DNA of 32,690 bases from Neolecta irregularis DAH-3 (Eukaryota), in assembly GCA_001929475.1 (NCBI GenBank), contig LXFE01001385.1, positions 1 to 32,690 on the forward strand, written 5' to 3'. The position numbers and the translations under genes were made by a program. This document shows, one piece after another, positions 12,271 through 24,031 of this stretch. The notes beneath the pieces were generated by a model. The model saw only the letters and a program-made list of their open reading frames with translations, made no database searches and was not told the DNA's origin. The stretch's first letter is position 1, and every line of letters starts with the position of its first letter.

Positions 12271-13237
12271 AGACAAATTTGTGCTCTGCTCTTGATTGGA
12301 CTCACGAGCGGCTCTCCGATTTTTCTGGGCGATAAATATGCTTCATTTCTTTAGAGTATTAGTAGATAGCTTTACCAGTATTCTTGGCGACAATCTTCAC
12401 ATTGCACTTTCGAGATTTTTGAATGGCCGTTTAACATCGCCGGAGGGTCTACGACGGCCGCGGGCGGGCGGGTGTCCACTGGAAATCCGAAATCGTTGTG
12501 CCTAATTTGCTACTGCAAATCTTGAGAAACAAATTTAAATCGCCGAAAGACTTTATACAGAATTCTCTTGACATAGTAAATTTATTAGCGTTAGTGCTTT
12601 GCTTTCAGTCCATTTACCTAACATTATGCGAGTAACTTTGACTCCCCACCACGATCGGTCATTAAGATATCTGACTTAACGGAAAAGAATCACAAGATCT
12701 CTGTTAGTCTACTTTTAAAGTGTTGATTAGCATGGTACGGTCCTACATGTATTCCTTTTATTTTCTATGATTTACTTGGTTTGACGAGTTCTATATTCTA
12801 GAATCGAAGATCTCTCGTAGGGGCTGACCACAAAAACCATTGATCGTGATACCGTTTAAAGTACATGATAATTAAACTAGACCTAACTTGTGATCTCCCG
12901 ATGAAACGGATAGTGTACAAATATTTTCTTTTTATGGATCAATTAATTAATTCACGATCTAGCCAATGGAGTAATAATGGCGAACGTATTCCGTGCATTA
13001 AGATGGATCATTCGCTTGTCGGTCTTCGCTTCGTGGCTGTTACATAAGGTAAATTATTCAGAATATGCTGATCCACCTAGAGACTGCGTTCTAATGTAAC
13101 CGTTAATAAGGAATTCTTTTGAATAAACAATCGAAGCAACCTTGACATTTATCATAATAGACATTACGCACTAGGAAGTCACTATGCACGCGGCTCGCAG
13201 ACAAAGCTTTCGATGCGCCAAGTTCCACAAGACTGTC

Positions 13238-13243
13238 TATAAA
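13238..13243 (+). promoter_or_regulatory. TATA box of the secreted-protein gene
   Basis: TATAAA about 100 bp upstream of the ATG at 13344. Confidence 0.5.
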
Positions 13244-13343
13244 TCATGGCCATTTCACCGTTTGAAATTTCCACCCAGGACTTCACGTTGCTGTTCAACT
13301 TTTACAATCACTCTAGACTCTTATCTCGACTGGATATTTTACA

Positions 13344-14088
13344 ATGCAGTTCATTCGCTCTGTCGCCCTCGTTTCTGCCGTCCTTGGAAGTATTTGTCAA
13401 GACTTGTGCTAAATTCTTATGCTCAATAGACATTGGCCTCGCCATAGGTGTCCCAGATACCGCTGTCGCCCACAGAACGAGAGAGATTGAGGTGCAGGTG
13501 TCTGTATTGGTGGAACAGTTCTCTACAACGTGTCATAACCATGACAACAGTCTCAGTATGTGTTTAACCCAAACCTCGAATTGACATTCTAGATGCTACG
13601 ACGAATAGAGAAGATATCGTTGCAACTGATGTACAAGTCGAACTGAATTTTCTTCTTCAGGCTTTTATTGACATCAATGCTGCTCTCACTGGACAAGTTG
13701 ACATTGACGTTTCCACCCAAGTTCAAATCAAGGCTCTTGCAACTGTCCTCGTTTCCATCTATCTTGATATCGGTGCTACTTTATCCCACTGTTATGATAT
13801 TCCAGAATTAGCCCAATGCCATGATTTGATTACTTCCATCGGTGTTCAGGCGAGGCTCTTGCTTCTCAGGCTCGATCATCTTATTCCTGGAACCCTAGGA
13901 TTTGTTCAACTACAGTATAGTCTTCCATCTTTACTTTCGACTAATCCTCAAGCTTGGGAATTACCGAAGGACTTTTAGGAGTTGTTGACAATCTTCTGAG
14001 AGAGCTTTTGGGGTTTGTTGACCATCTGGTAGGTGGATTGTTGACCTGCATCCCATGTGCAAGCAAGTGCTTATATGAAGGCCACTGA
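13344..14088 (+). CDS. Small secreted Leu/Val-rich amphipathic helical protein with several Cys
   Basis: Signal-peptide-like MQFIRSVALVSAVLGNIGLA; introns 13390-13429, 13556-13592 and 13915-13952 give a continuous ~209-aa frame ending LLTCIPCASKCLYEGH*. Confidence 0.8.
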
Positions 14089-14645
14089 TGGGTGGCAGAC
14101 TAGAAAGCTAGGCCGTCAAATTATGATGTTTAATCAGTATCTTTCTAGATAGAGAAATTTATTCAATTCTCCTTGGTCGAAATGGTTGCACTCCTTAATT
14201 TATATCATTGTCTAGACCATGAATCTCCTCAGTCTGACAATTTAATAATTTTCAATCCACTTTGCTTTGATTTGAATGGAAGAGTAGCCTAGTCCTATCT
14301 TTTATGAGTGTTGAAGGATGTGAATAAGGATGTAGATTTATTAATGCAATTTTTTTGGATATTCCAATGAAGATAGGTGTAATTTTACCTTTTCCTCCTT
14401 TTTATACATAACAGCTTTGTTTAACATAGGTGTATGTAGTTCGGTTGATAAATCCCTCAAGCCGTTAATAGTTCAATATGAATTGTAAAAGTATACTTTT
14501 ACTAGGAGGTTACTTGAGGACGAATGTGCTATTAAAGCATCTTGTTCCTGTCTAAAATCTTCCTGAAACTCTTGAAGTTTGTCGTTATTCCTCTAGATTA
14601 TATGGAAAAACAGACATAATATACCAGCTCAACATCGTCTGGCTC

Positions 14646-14700
14646 CAGTGTTGTGGACGGGCTATGAGTCGGGCCCAGAAAAAAGCCCGGCCCATCAGCC
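14646..14700 (+). mobile_element. Putative DNA transposon (hAT-like) terminus, copy 1
   Basis: CAGTGTT..GGAcGGGC...AGAAAAAAGCCcGGCCCAT shared with 19741-19790. Confidence 0.5.
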
Positions 14701-15262
14701 CATGCCAAGACTCGCTTTCACAGATTGAATGCCAACCACCCCCACGCCACCAACCGTATAGTCACTTTTAGTTGGTGAGGACATTGAATTGCCATTTGCA
14801 ATAGGTGATATTCTTTTTATATCATTGGCTAAATTCTGGCAGTCTCCACCTTTTAGCAGTCCTGCACTACTCTGTCGCTGTCCTGCGACTCACAGCCTCT
14901 GTGCATGCATGGGCCTACCACACCAGCTTTCTCCCGGCCATCTTTGCCTACTCAGGCTGCCCCGCTACCCCACCCTTTACCCGCTACTCTGCTAAACTCA
15001 GCACTGCCTGCCTCCCCTCGTCACCCGCCCTCCGTCCTCTTCTCCTGCCCTCCGCGGTCTTTGCCCGTCTTCGTCTTCGTCACCCGCCCTCCGCCCTCGT
15101 CGCCCCCCCTTGCCGCCCGCTGGCTGTGCAGTAAGGAACAGTGCCTTTGCGTGGGCGAGCGACCCCTGGTAGTTGATCAGGCCCACGCGGGTCCAGAAGG
15201 CCGCCACAACTGGCCGTAGGCTATGAAATACATTGTAGACTATTATACATATCTACAAAGAG

Positions 15263-15303
15263 TATAGAGTGGCAGTTATTGCCGCAATAACTGCCACTTT
15301 ATA
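15263..15303. repeat. Near-perfect palindrome / foldback
   Basis: AGTGGCAGTTATTGC-C-GCAATAACTGCCACT (15-bp perfect arms), extending to 20 bp with one G-T pair. Confidence 0.9.
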
Positions 15304-15643
15304 ATCTGTTACTATAAAGTCTATATATTATCTCAACTTGTAACACTGGTATCCTCCCGGTCACGTGCTAGGCCCTGGCCGGACCCTCAGAAAAGGCCAT
15401 GGGCTTTGGCGCGTCCACAATACTGCCTTGCTCTTCGAAGCCTTGAGCCCAAATTCGGGGGATCTGTATAGATCATGGATCATAATCTCTGCCTACAAAT
15501 GTAAAGATGGACAAAAAGCAAGGTTGAAGAACTGGGGTGCAAAGAAGATAACAACAGGGATTATTCCAAAAGACCATCTATTAATTGAAGGTGTTCTTAA
15601 TTTACATTAGTCTTATCTCCTAATTATATCAGAGGATATCTGA

Positions 15644-17109
15644 TCATAGATATTTCTTAATCAAAACAATCGACTAACACATCAGCTCATCTGCTCATTA
15701 ATTAAATTTACCGTCATGCTAATTCCCCAAAAAATCATAAAACTCCATCCATGAATTACATTTCTCACAATCGGAAACAGATAGCCCACAATACACAATC
15801 CCAACCAATTAAGCGAAAATGCAAGCCCTTGCGCGGCAATAACGACCTGTTTATCTACAATATCTGGGATAACGTGAAAGCCTATAGGACCCGCGCCAAT
15901 AGCGAATCCAGCGAGAAAAAAAAGAATAAGAAGACCTGCGAGAACACGAATTTTTAATTCGATGCTGAGTGCAAGGAGGAAGGTTGATGTTCCTAGGCAA
16001 GAGAGGGAAACAAGAAGAAGGTACCGATGAGTGTACCTTTCGGCAATAAGCGCGTATAAAATGGAGAAGGTGAGATTAACAAGAGAACTTAAGACTGTGA
16101 TTTTGCTGGCAAAAGATGGAATTAGAGGTGATAGGATCGGCGTTGAATAAGCCACTACTGCGTTGATTCCTAGTAATTAGGGAAGGTTCAATCTGTGAAT
16201 CGCACCAGTGAACTGATGAGCAACCATAAGTAACGAAACCGTGATCAAGTCTTTCCGATAATTTCTGCTTGAAATGAACTGATATACCGACAGCTGAGAA
16301 GGAATTTCATTTTCGTTCAATGGCAAGTTTTCTTCGAATAATGTCGTGCTCTGCAAATTATTGCTAGCATCTCTCTCAGCTTCATCTTTGTCCATTAACA
16401 TCAAATAACGTGGACTCTCAATGGAAAACAACGCGAGGAGAAATTGTAGGGCACCAATCTGACCACCTACCGAGAGGATAACTCGCCATCCCTGGGAGGT
16501 AGAAAGAACGAGAGCAAGAGATTGAGTTAGTAACAGACCCAACACCACGGAAATCTGAATCAATGATCCTGCAAAGAGTTAGCTGGTCACCCAATCTGGA
16601 TACCAAAGAGAGTTTTATGATGTTGTGGGGCGATTTCAAATATGTATAACGGTCCGGCAACCATGATCTGTGTTATCAGTGAACATCTTGCGTTACAGAT
16701 ACCCAACCAGTCCCAATTCCGGCAGTAACTCGACCGAGAAGCATCATTGATATTTTGCTGGAGGTTGCCATCAATATGCTTCCGAGAATATGCATGCTTG
16801 CTGATAACAAGTTGATTGGCCTAGACCCGAGGTGGATCTTTGTGACCCATAACGACCCAATCAACCCACCAACAGAGTATGACGCCGTAACAAGGCCATA
16901 TTGCGAAGCGGTCAGGTCGAGGCATTTAGGAAAACTCCCTTCGTCGTTTACTGGATGTTTGTGCTGGCAGATGATTACTTTTGAGGGAGTATTCAATTCC
17001 GCCTAGACTTGGTATGGATGATATAAACAACGTGACGCACGAGATGAATTCCAAAATGCATAGTCCCGAGAAGAACAGAGAAGACTGTAATTGCCAACCG
17101 GAGTTTCAT
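15644..17109 (-). CDS. MFS sugar-porter-family transporter (Vps73/GLUT-like)
   Basis: GRVTAGIG, PLYIFEIAP, IESPRYL, HQFTGINAVVAYS, GFAIGAGPI, LNWLG motifs; introns 17003-17040, 16668-16702, 16569-16603, 16170-16205, 15674-15711. Confidence 0.9.
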
Positions 17110-17485
17110 GACACTATGTTTTGAGGAAAAGGGTTCCAGTAATTCCGATTGTTTCCATTAGGCCGAAAACCGATCTGCATCAGGTTTCTTGGTAGTTGAA
17201 AAGCAGATAGGCTTGGATAGTATACAAAACAATACATATATAAAGCATTTTACAGTGAACTATAAGATCTTATGTACTTGGGAAAGGCATAATGTTGTTC
17301 ACTAACCTTTACCTCAATGCCGACTTGGCTTCCAGTTCTCAAAGGCACAACATTACGATGAAGGCCTTTGGCATTCAGAGCATTCGCCTGAAACTCTGCA
17401 GGGCGTAGAAATGAGCCATATAAACACCTATTGCTCAAAGTAGGTGTTGCTTTTGGCAGCCCACCAAGTAAAAACCTGGGGGAAT

Positions 17486-17686
17486 TGTAAGTGTTGAAGC
17501 TCGAGTTCGAATAAGACCAGGTTTTATTATACCAGTCTAAGTGACTGAACTTCTCGCGGACCTACCTACTGCACTTAGCTAGGTAAAGAACGCCTATCTA
17601 CTTTATAATGCAAATTAAAATGCCGCAGTATTATTGCAAGCCTTCCTTCCGTAATGGTAAGCTCTACCCGACGGTATATACTTACA
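17486..17686 (-). mobile_element. LTR (201 bp), probable 3' LTR of a decayed Ty3/Gypsy chromovirus
   Basis: TGTAAG...CTTACA termini, homologous to 7462-7673; no TSD; preceded on the minus strand by G-rich aagacgtggggg (PPT-like). Confidence 0.85.
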
Positions 17687-17749
17687 CCCCCACGTCTTAA
17701 ATCAATGCCAATCCGCTGCCTCTAGTGATGGAACCATCCTTGGGATCCT

Positions 17750-17920
17750 ACCCAATATGATTGCAATAGTTCTTGCCGGAGATTTTCTTCCTTTTCCCAT
17801 GTATTGTTGTTGGAGCTGGAGTTGACCCATTTGACCAAGAAGTTGAGTATAGGTGAAGATCAAGCTATCTAGTTATAGTATTTACATAACCGTTATTGAC
17901 TCATTCCTCTTCACTCCCTA
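17750..17920 (-). pseudogene. Chromodomain relic (integrase C-terminus of a chromovirus)
   Basis: Minus-strand translation NFLVKWVNSSSNNNTWEKEENLRQELLQSYW matches chromodomain YLVKWxG...NTWEPEENL; GSEEE* upstream in another frame. Confidence 0.7.
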
Positions 17921-18072
17921 TTACCGTCTAATGACTGTTCTCATCTTAGCTCCATTTCTTGGAGTCATTAGCATGAAGTAAGTCTACTTGGACGGCCAGG
18001 TTTAATTGTCTAACCTAAGTTATATGAACGCAACTCCTGAGACATACCTAACTTGAATTATATGAACGTAAC

Positions 18073-18530
18073 TCAAGTTAGGTTGAAGTATCTCTCTTCG
18101 TTATATACTCTAATTTTTAATTGCAGTGTGTTTTCATGTCGCCCAGTGCGACTATGTTTCTGTGTTGCCATCAAGATCCCATAGGTATCTGCTGAAGATC
18201 CATGAGGGACAAGATTTTTTGGTAAGGAACCCATGGTGCTTGGTGATTGATCTGGTGCGTTTAGGATATCGTCCCAATCCACGTCGTCAATTGCAAAGGG
18301 ATTGTCTCATAAATCCGAGATCGGATCGACCTGTAAGAAATTTGGGGTAACAGTATTTTGATATAGTCCATCGTAGAAGGATGATACTGTATAGTCATCG
18401 AAATCACATTGTAGGGAAGACTGGTCAATTTTAGAATGACTACCTCCACCAACTGTATCTATTGAAGATCCACGAGGGACAATATCATCTGGTAAAAATT
18501 ACAAGGTGCCTGTGGCTTGATCTGGCGAAA
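18073..18530 (-). pseudogene. Decayed ORF with an internal repeat at 270-bp (90-codon) spacing
   Basis: PDQATGTL*FLPDDIVPRGSSIDT versus PDQSPSTMGSLPKNLVPHGSSADT in the same frame; in-frame stops at 18499-18501 and 18307-18309. Confidence 0.55.
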
Positions 18531-18954
18531 CGTCCGGAGAGCGGTGCCTGTGGCCTGGCCAACCTAGACATTCGTTGCCGCTGGCCGAGGGTAGCGGATA
18601 GCGACGGTTTACGTCTGTCTGACTGTTTGCCCATCAGCCAGCACCGGTACCCACACCCGCACTCTTGTGGTGGTAAGCCTTGCAATGTCCCACAGGCGGT
18701 TCTGGGCTATCAGCACCTGCAACGCCGCCTTCAAGCCCTGGTCGGTGGGCTGTATGCGCACTACAGTACAGACGGGCTAGGAGCAGCGCTCAAGGCGGGA
18801 GCAGCGCTCAAGGTGCATTTCAGCGGCAGGGGCAGGCTGGAGTAACAGCGCAGTCGCGGCGGAGCTCAGCAGTCTGTTCTTTCCCGCTAACGCGCGCCCT
18901 CTCACCCACAACACTGCCTGTTTGTGCCTGCCCATCCACACTACTCCTCCCCCT

Positions 18955-19630
18955 TCCGTCCGTCTAATAAGTTTAAACAGTCCCGCTCCCATCGGCATTG
19001 GAACACCCATAATAATACATTCAGAAACACCCTCGATTGCAACCTTCTTATGATAAAAAACAAATGATCCGTGGTCCTAAAATTGTCAATACCCTCGAAC
19101 TACTTTTCAAAAGACTCCAACATCAAAACACTGTCCCTCATCTTTGCAACTCCAAACCGTGTGATTCCAAGAATTTCTCCCTTGTACGTCATCACATCGC
19201 CGAGTAACATCATATGCCGCGGATCGATGTTCATCCCGTGACTCGTCATCGTTGTATTGATTTCATTGATGATTGAATTTCGTGCGGCTTCGATTCGAAG
19301 CACGTCTTTCATCTCCATTACGTGATTGGTATACCTCTTCTCGCCAACCACGCCTTTAGTATTCATCACATAACGTAGACCGTATCCTTCAATAAGTAAT
19401 TGTTTCTTGCCTTTTTCGTCATTAATGACTGCTCGTGCAATTTGACTGTATCCCTGGAGATTAATTTTAATACCAGGAAAAACAGCACTTTGACAATTAT
19501 ATCAGGTAACGCGTGTATAATGTCGAGGTTTATAATACACTTCTTCGTCGTCTTTATCTTTATCCACATAAATTCTAATCTGATCCGGCTGTACCAACTG
19601 GATTTTCTAAATATATCAGCATCAAACACA
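18955..19630 (-). pseudogene. RPC1: Fragment of the RNA polymerase III largest subunit (C-terminal part), frameshifted, with introns
   Basis: [61 protein letters not shown] motifs; intron 19454-19488 and a shortened 27-nt intron after SFE; two frameshifts; the N-terminal bulk of the gene is absent. Confidence 0.88.
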
Positions 19631-19740
19631 AAGCCTGGGTTAAACCTTAATCTTGATCTTCAATTTCGGAGCACAGACAATAGCATGAGAAATCTCAGTC
19701 AATGTAATGTCCAATTGAAATTTGCAAATAGTCTCCCAAT

Positions 19741-19790
19741 CAGTGTTAGGGATGGGCCAGACCAAGAAAAAAGCCTGGCCCATTGGCCCC
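19741..19790 (+). mobile_element. Putative DNA transposon (hAT-like) terminus, copy 2
   Basis: CAGTGTT..GGAtGGGC...AGAAAAAAGCCtGGCCCAT, similar to 14646-14700. Confidence 0.5.
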
Positions 19791-20186
19791 TCATCTTACT
19801 ATGGGATGTGGAGGAATGAGATATGCTATAGGGTGGGGTATTTGAAGCCTTGGGTAAGACTTTCTTCACCCCCAACTACCAAAATACTACTGGAAAATCC
19901 CTTCACACTAATTATTGAATCAATTGAATCAGATTCAGAGTCAAGAAACATGGATTCATGAATCTGAATCCATTGCGCATTGATACAGATTCTATACATC
20001 ACTGCCATTATAGTTTCTATGAATAATATTTACCATTCATGAGCAACCTCTAAGTGAGAGAGTAGGGTTTATAGCAAGTTACTTAACTCAAACTTTGTTT
20101 AGCCTGCTACTGTCTGTCAAAACAAGGCAGCAGTTGTAGGGATGTGGAGAATAGAGCAATCACAACATCAGGAAGAAGAATTCTAT

Positions 20187-22456
20187 TCAAGCGATACACT
20201 TCCACTCTGCAAAAGCACAATAACTCCGCCGTTCGCTAAGAACAAGAGCTCGAAAGATACCTGTCTCCACAACCTTGGACTGAATGTCCCACGTCCTCTT
20301 TCCATGATCGGGTTGAAATTTCGTCAATGTACCACTTGGCGACTGGAGAGCAAGTTTTACGGGCTTAGAGGTACTATTTCTGGAAGAGGGGTATTGGCGG
20401 ATGGAGAAAACGTAAGTATTGTTAAGACGCAGTAGTTCGCACTGAGGCTGGCGAATATAAAGGTCATGACGCATGGCATATAGAGTGGGATGCCTTGGGA
20501 CGAATGAATAAGGTGCATTTTCACCGGTGTGAACTATGTGAATAGCAAGAGCGAGGGAGTGAGGATTGTCATTTATTGAGTGCTAGATCGTTAGCTCTAA
20601 AAATAGTGGCAGCCCACCATCAGCCCTTTTTTTCCGGCATAAACATACAAGACTCCCCTCACCTGATTTCCCGGAAGGACGCCTTTTATTCTGAAAACCT
20701 TCATATTATCGACCCACATAGCTTGACTGAGGCCTGGTTTTTTTTCGAAATCACTGTTGTTAAACATGTCTCCTTCTGAATCCGTTGTGATAGCTCTAGC
20801 CTCTGTTTCTGCTACACATTCGATATCTTCAGGCACCTGTAAATCAATCTGGATGCACTCGAAACCTTTCAAACGAAGCATTGATGTATCGAAATTGATT
20901 AACCGGATATTACATTGGAAGTAAGCCGGGCCCACATATGGAAGGGAAATGACTATCTCTTGACTCAACGGGGGAACGATATGCTGTTGCCATGAATATA
21001 TTGGTAGATGAGTATAAACCGCATTCAAAGGCCTTGTAAGAAAAAAGAATGGTTCAGCGACCGCTATATTAGAAAATTGTTGGTGATGGGGATGGGTCGG
21101 ATTCGCGAGCGATACATCAATTATTCTCCACTCTCCTTCTATAAGTACGGCGTTCCACGTGTGATTGGTATCAAGTCTCGAGCCAATATCGACTGCTTCT
21201 CCCGGAGCTATAATATGAGTTTAAAGAAATCTGTGCCTTCACACTTTTGATATACCCATGAATGATCTCACAAGGAATGTCGATACTTTCGCACATTGCC
21301 TGCAAAACAATCGCAAGTTCACCACAACTTGCTCGACGAGATTCCAAAACTCGTAGACATACAAAATCATCACCTCTGAGGTCAGGCATCCCTTTCTCCC
21401 AGGAAATTTTCTCGGCCAGGAAGACGAAAATTGCCCGGAGTCGTTGAATGTCATTTCTGTATGGACGACAAACCACGCCAGTAGCAAGACTTTCGGGTGT
21501 TGAATTCGAAGGCCATGTTACTATGCATCTTGTAGTTTTATCAACCAATGAGAAGTTGAGTTCTAAAGTCAGACTGTGCTTGATGATGGCGTACTCTCGA
21601 TGTTCAGTCGGGAACTACTCATGACTACACCACCATTTTCATTCTCATCGCCCTGAACCTGGCCTAAAACTTCGACCGGCTCGAGAACTTTAAATCCTTC
21701 AAGCTTGGTATTCCTTCTTTTTTCTTCCCTTTCCTCTAAGGAAGGACTATTTGACCGGTTAAGATCGCGACGAGCTTCCTGCCATCCAACCCCAGTCGGT
21801 TGAACTGGATGCATATCTTTAGATTTCGGAGTTCCAACACCGAGAATTTTGTTAAATATCCCTTTGCCTTTCATTAAGCTGCTCTTCTTTGTCTTCAAGA
21901 AAGGTGGCGGCGGACACATGCTCGACATGGAAGAATAAGGACGTTCATTGCTTACGATACCCCTCGATGACTCCCGCTCTGCAGGAACACCCGTGAAATT
22001 CATCATCCTCTTGGGACGATCAATTGAAGGAATTGAAGTCGCACCGAAATCAGAAACACATGTTCCTACTGAGGGACTACGTCCAGAAGTTCCTGATTGT
22101 TGATAAGAGTGGCATTCTTTGAAGACTCCATAAAGATGTGGAGGAGGAGCAGGTGTTGCAAACTTAGTTGAAGCACTATGAGGGGACATCTGGCCGCCTA
22201 TTTGCAAAAGTTTGTCTTCCGGCAGTTCGGCATATTCTGACTGGATAGACGGCATTATATCGTCTGGGCAGTGATTCATGCCATTTGAATCCCGCCATGT
22301 AGAGGTTATACTGTGACCTAACGAGGTGTTTGGGCGACGGGGGCTGAAATCCTCATATTGTTCATTCCCACAATTGTCTTCCTCATCCGACATAGGTTCA
22401 TCAAGCTCCGAGTCTATACTTTCAACCCCTTCTGGAGAATGCTTAACATCCTGCAT
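20187..22456 (-). CDS. CYK3: Cyk3-like cytokinesis protein (transglutaminase-like domain); no SH3 domain visible; start uncertain
   Basis: RRDLNRSNS, RPYRNDIQRLRAIF, GYIKTPGE, NHTWNAVLIEGEWRIID, RHDLYIRQPQC motifs; introns 21563-21594, 21208-21244, 20583-20617. Confidence 0.82.
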
Positions 22457-24031
22457 CGACAATGTCGAGGTAGGAGGCTATCCTGTCGGTAAAATCGTAG
22501 TGACAGCGTATGGTTAGTTACGCGGTGAAGCAACGAGCGGATTGTAAGGGCTAGGACTTCTCGTTTGATAGAGTAGTTACTGAACTGATATGCTATCTGA
22601 AGAGTCACTGGGATGGTGGGAAGATCACGCATCACTTATTTTACTATTCATTGGGGATTACTAGTTCTTTCATCACTAATCACATCCAAGCGTAGGCTAG
22701 ACACAAAATCAGGCCTTACCCGATGATCGATTTTGTTCTAAATGTAATGAGACTATAGTACTTTGGTTTGAAGTAGTGCGACAAGATATTATAATTCTAT
22801 TTTCTTTTGGGACTACTATACGTAGTTCCCAAATTGATAACAGAACACTGAAACCATCATGTAAACGCTATCAGCATGGGAAACCTAATCTTTTTTCACA
22901 AGGGTCGAGGTGTTCTCGAATTGTAATAAATAACCATGACATATGATGTAGTCACCTTGATCCCACCAGCATAAAACTAGATATACCGTTTGTAAGCTAT
23001 GCGTTTAGAAGTACAACAAGACCAAGTGGTATAACTAGCCCAAGTAGATATACTTGTACTTGGCTAGGTATTTCCCCATTCCTGTCTCTATATACTACTT
23101 ACATCAATCCTTGTCAAGCCTTCCTACCATTTCCGTCGTGGTAAGGATATACCCGGGGGAATATCCTTACACCATTAGTGACATATGTGTTTTACTTCGC
23201 AGGAACACGATTAGGATATGTCAGAGTGAGGAGAGAAATTGGCGACAGTCAGCTGTGGATCTAGACAGGAGCTACTTTAGAGAATAAAATGCAAAACAAG
23301 TGCCGTCACCCTGATTCACCGATGGAGATTCTAGCCCTACGAGACCTAGGTTGGATCTATTATAGGATTTATCACGAATTGTGGCAGACATGTTGCGTGT
23401 GGTACGAAAATAATATAGTAATCTTTTGAAGGATATCTTAAAGGGGTCTCTTGTTTGGCTTTTCCTTTGGTCAAAGTCTAGGTTTCTATAATCGATGCGG
23501 CTATTTCTGTTTCCTTTAAGTAGGCCTGTGGGTGCTTGCTTGTACTGGTGAATAATGAATGCTCTATTCATCCAGCAAAGGAATCTAACCATGGTTTTTC
23601 TCGGGTTATCTAGGTCATCTAAGTATGCAAAGCTCTACAATTTCAGCCTGCGTGTCACATGCGCAGATTGGGCATGAAACGCAAAAGATCGGGTATTGGC
23701 ACTGCTTGATGTCCACTCAACATTGTTCGGGTTGGCATAATCCAGTTGTTAGGATATACTAACGTATGCCGCTAAACGCTCCAACTCCCCACAGTCCCCG
23801 ATAGGAGTGCCTACAACTTAGACTAGATACAACTTAGACTTGTTTGTCCGCTGGGGCTCACCACGTATAACAATCCGCTGGGGCATTTCACATGGGTTGT
23901 TGCAAAATGAGCACAGACAATATTCAGATAAAAGATTTTTCTATAGACACAGGCCAACAGCATGACGAAGCCAAATGTACTTTTCAGTACCCAAATGTTG
24001 CAACATGATGTATATCAACATACTTTAGATC

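Noticed and set aside
12455-12481. CCCG-repeat motif ending in CACTG, resembling the MITE terminus
   Set aside because: Too short and diverged, with no partner end found.
17310-17485. Minus-strand frame with three TGA stops that could derive from CGA
   Set aside because: No homology recognised; this stop density is expected in non-coding DNA.
22478-22579. TAA/TAG-to-Gln genetic code reassignment suggested by in-frame stops upstream of CYK3
   Set aside because: Conserved genes in the window terminate normally at TAA (AFG1) and TAG (ARP1, GLN1).
19741-22850. CYK3-like gene enclosed by CAGTGTT...AACACTG as a captured cargo gene
   Set aside because: Only a 7-bp match and no target-site duplication.
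22860-23640. Possible decayed gene around ORF 23272-23592
   Set aside because: No recognisable motif and many stops; cannot be supported without a search.
23747-23872. TGTTA...TAACA segment with short direct repeats, a possible second LTR family
   Set aside because: Single copy in the window, short, no TSD.
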